A DNA stretch of 63,434 bases, the filler included, from Octopus bimaculoides (taxonomy: Eukaryota), in NCBI RefSeq assembly GCF_001194135.2. It is 6 parts of 6 records of this genome, joined end to end, with 100 filler letters (N's around TTAATTAATTAA, not from the genome) between each part and the next. Parts side by side here need not be neighbours in the genome. Positions count along the whole stretch, not along the records: positions 59,080 to 63,434 come from NC_068983.1; 5 more parts are not named here. One strand, written 5' to 3'. The number at the start of each line of letters is the position of its first letter. Position 1 is the stretch's first letter. The notes beneath the pieces are model-generated. The model did not search any database, had not been told where the DNA came from, and was given only the letters and a program-made list of their open reading frames with translations. Positions 60,228-63,434 of the stretch are shown here, in pieces. The translations under genes and the position numbers were made by a program.

Positions 60228-61452
60228 NNNNNNNNNNNNNNNNNNNNNNNNNNNNNNNNNNNNNNNNNNNNNNNNNNNNNNNNNNNNNNNNNNNNNNNNN
60301 NNNNNNNNNNNNNNNNNNNNNNNNNNNNNNNNNNNNNNNNNNNNNNNNNNNNNNNNNNNNNNNNNNNNNNNNNNNNNNNNNNNNNNNNNNNNNNNNNNNN
60401 NNNNNNNNNNNNNNNNNNNNNNNNNNNNNNNNNNNNNNNNNNNNNNNNNNNNNNNNNNNNNNNNNNNNNNNNNNNNNNNNNNNNNNNNNNNNNNNNNNNN
60501 NNNNNNNNNNNNNNNNNNNNNNNNNNNNNNNNNNNNNNNNNNNNNNNNNNNNNNNNNNNNNNNNNNNNNNNNNNNNNNNNNNNNNNNNNNNNNNNNNNNN
60601 NNNNNNNNNNNNNNNNNNNNNNNNNNNNNNNNNNNNNNNNNNNNNNNNNNNNNNNNNNNNNNNNNNNNNNNNNNNNNNNNNNNNNNNNNNNNNNNNNNTT
60701 TTTCTTACATCTCCTTCCTCTTTTCCCTTCTTGCACTTCTAGAACAAAAAATTCCTCAGTATTCTTGCGGAAAACATGCCTTACGAACATGCCACTGATA
60801 ATAATACATAAATGTCGATGAAAGATAGAGAAAACAAACAAAATAATTATTTCATTTCTCATGAAGTGAAAAAACAAAACAAAACAAAACAAAACAAATT
60901 GTTGATATTTCAAGAATGCAGGTAATCAGTTGGCATATATTAACAAGACACACCCGCGTGCACACGCACACACATACACACACACACACACACGCACAAA
61001 CACACACATACGCACGCATACACACACACATGCGCACATACTCAGTCACACACACACACACATAGATATGTATGTATGTATGTATGTATGTATGCATGTA
61101 TGTATGTATACCTCTCCTTCTCTCTCTCTCTCTCTCTCTCTCACTCTCTCTCTCTCTCTCTCTCTNNNNNNNNNNNNNNNNNNNNNNNNNNNNNNNNNNN
61201 NNNNNNNNNNNNNNNNNNNNNNNNNNNNNNNNNNNNNNNNNNNNNNNNNNNNNNNNNNNNNNNNNNNNNNNNNNNNNNNNNNNNNNNNNNNNNNNNNNNN
61301 NNNNNNNNNNNNNNNNNNNNNNNNNNNNNNNNNNNNNNNNNNNNNNNNNNNNNNNNNNNNNNNNNNNNNNNNNNNNNNNNNNNNNNNNNNNNNNNNNNNN
61401 NNNNNNNNNNNNNNNNNNNNNNNNNNNNNNNNNNNNNNNNNNNNNNNNNNNN

Positions 61453-61512
<60 letters not shown>

Positions 61513-63015
61513 TAGTTATTTATATATGTATACACCAGTTATTTAAGTCTTTCTGCGTTTATGTCAACTTCAGCAACAGCAATTTATAGTACTTTGCTGA
61601 ATTGCTTCGTTATATTCTATGAGATTCGTCACACGCACACATACACAAGCACACACTCTAGCACGCATACATGTTTATATAAGTATATACATATAGTTGA
61701 ACTGGATTTGGAGATATGATGTCCCAGTGACCTAGTAGCTTAACTTACTTTATTTGTATTTATTTTAAAATATATTGTTGTACGTATAATGACGTGCATA
61801 CATATCGATGCACCATGTACATATAATACTAAAATCAATAATATATGAACAAGGTTACGAAACAGCCTTACTCAAATAGAACTCGTGTCTTTCTGCTGTT
61901 CGAACTCTGCACATACAAATGCACATACATACATATGTATGTACGTATGTATGAGTGTTTGTGAGTGTGTATGTTTACGCTAGCAAATGACATTACGTGA
62001 ATCTATTGTAGTCAATATTGCTAACATAATCTAAATTGGTTCTTATCAAGAAGTGTCAGCAATGCACGACTGTATCACCTCTCCCTGGAGATAAGACTGT
62101 ATAGTAGTAAAAGCTTTGAAAACGAGCTGTAATCTCTTATACAGCATAGATATAAATGTAATAACCACGAAATTCATGGCCCTCTTCCATAGGTACATTA
62201 AGGTTCAAACTTCGTCATGTGCGCTTTATATTGTATATCAGATAGCAGGTCTACGATCGTGATGTGGAGGTCCGGCGCTGTGCATCTGCGCCGGGTAGGA
62301 CATGTTTGCAAATAGAAGGTGATAGGCTCTGAAAGTCATCATATTGTTACGTGGAATTGCGTATTAACAGGAGTAGGTGAAATGTCCAGAAGCTGAGGCA
62401 CGGGGTTGAACTGCAGAATCATATGAAGGATTCCGGCATTTCCCAGACACCTGGGAAGAGAAAGCCTTGCAGCGCGTTGAATGGTATTGACCGCTGAAAC
62501 TCGTAATTTCCAGTCGTTGAAGATAAACAAAACAGAGATAATACGAAAGAATATATGAGAGGTGCCATTTGTCTTCGCGTGTAGCAAATTTCATCGCTGT
62601 TACAGGTTAAAAGCAATCCTTGTACCCACATGCAAGCTTGCCAGAGATAATTTCTCAAGAGAACGCGCAACGTCGACCTACGACGGACAGCCAACAACGA
62701 CAAAGATTTTCCATAGACTATATTTAAAAGACATTTACTCCCAGTAGACACACACACTCATACACAAACACAAACACACACACATACACACACACACACA
62801 CACGTATATATNNNNNNNNNNNNNNNNNNNNNNNNNNNNNNNNNNNNNNNNNNNNNNNNNNNNNNNNNNNNNNNNNNNNNNNNNNNNNNNNNNNNNNNNN
62901 NNNNNNNNNNNNNNNNNNNNNNNNNNNNNNNNNNNNNNNNNNNNNNNNNNNNNNNNNNNNNNNNNNNNNNNNNNNNNNNNNNNNNNNNNNNNNNNNNNNN
63001 NNNNNNNNNNATATA

Positions 63016-63048
<33 letters not shown>

Positions 63049-63119
63049 TTATATAAGGGCATTACTATACAATAATGCCTCACGCTATGAGGGACTCTAA
63101 GGTCAGACTACCATAATGT

Positions 63120-63325
63120 ATGTATGTCTTTGTGGTTGTGTTCGCTCCCCACGACAGCGTCACAACCAGCGTTGTTGTGTTTATGCTCCCGTAACTAAGC
63201 GAGTCGGCATCAGATGCAAATAGAATACGTACCATGCTTAAAAACGAAAATAGTGGGCTGGATTTGTTCGACGAAAATTCTTGAAGGTGCCACTGCATTC
63301 TGATGACACAAACAAGTAAACGACA
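63120..63325 (+). mobile_element. Diverged family A 3' half
   Basis: TGTGTTTATGCTCCCGTAACTAAGCGAGTCGGC...AATAGAATACGTACC...GATTTGTTCGAC...ACAAACAAGTAAA. Confidence 0.6.
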
Positions 63326-63434
63326 ACTCACAAGCCACTCATGCCTACATACATACATATGTGTATACATATATATACACACACATATATATAACTATAT
63401 ACATATGTATGTATATATATATATATATATATAT

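Noticed and set aside
62100-62600. Nicotinic/chemotactile receptor-like fragment
   Set aside because: Only a vague FYLQTC resemblance; there is no Cys-loop spacing or TM pattern, and the frames contain stops.

Overview
Eukaryotic, AT-rich, repeat-saturated genomic DNA with roughly 8 kb of N gaps and five 100-bp scaffold linkers (44N-TTAATTAATTAA-44N). The microsatellite load and SINE families look like a coleoid cephalopod, probably Octopus; this is my inference from repeat recognition, not a database result. I found no intact protein-coding gene, rRNA, true tRNA gene or CRISPR array, and almost all long ORFs in the track are microsatellite or N-gap artefacts. Supported content: about nine fragments of R4/Dong-like non-LTR retrotransposons (restriction-like endonuclease, RLE); one Penelope-like element (PLE) GIY-YIG fragment; one RTE fragment; one Gypsy remnant; one full-length but dead Tc1; a mariner MITE; Helitron/Helentron pieces; and at least seven SINE families (labelled A-F and H here). 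A few candidate minus-strand exons may belong to a host membrane-protein gene (low confidence). The most interesting signal is a set of minimal type I hammerhead ribozyme (HHR) motifs of the PLE type. One sits at the 3' end of a tRNA-headed (Pol III) SINE that also carries a PLE-style inverted end, suggesting a ribozyme-bearing SINE mobilised by Penelope-like elements. Coordinates of degraded elements are approximate (tens of bp).
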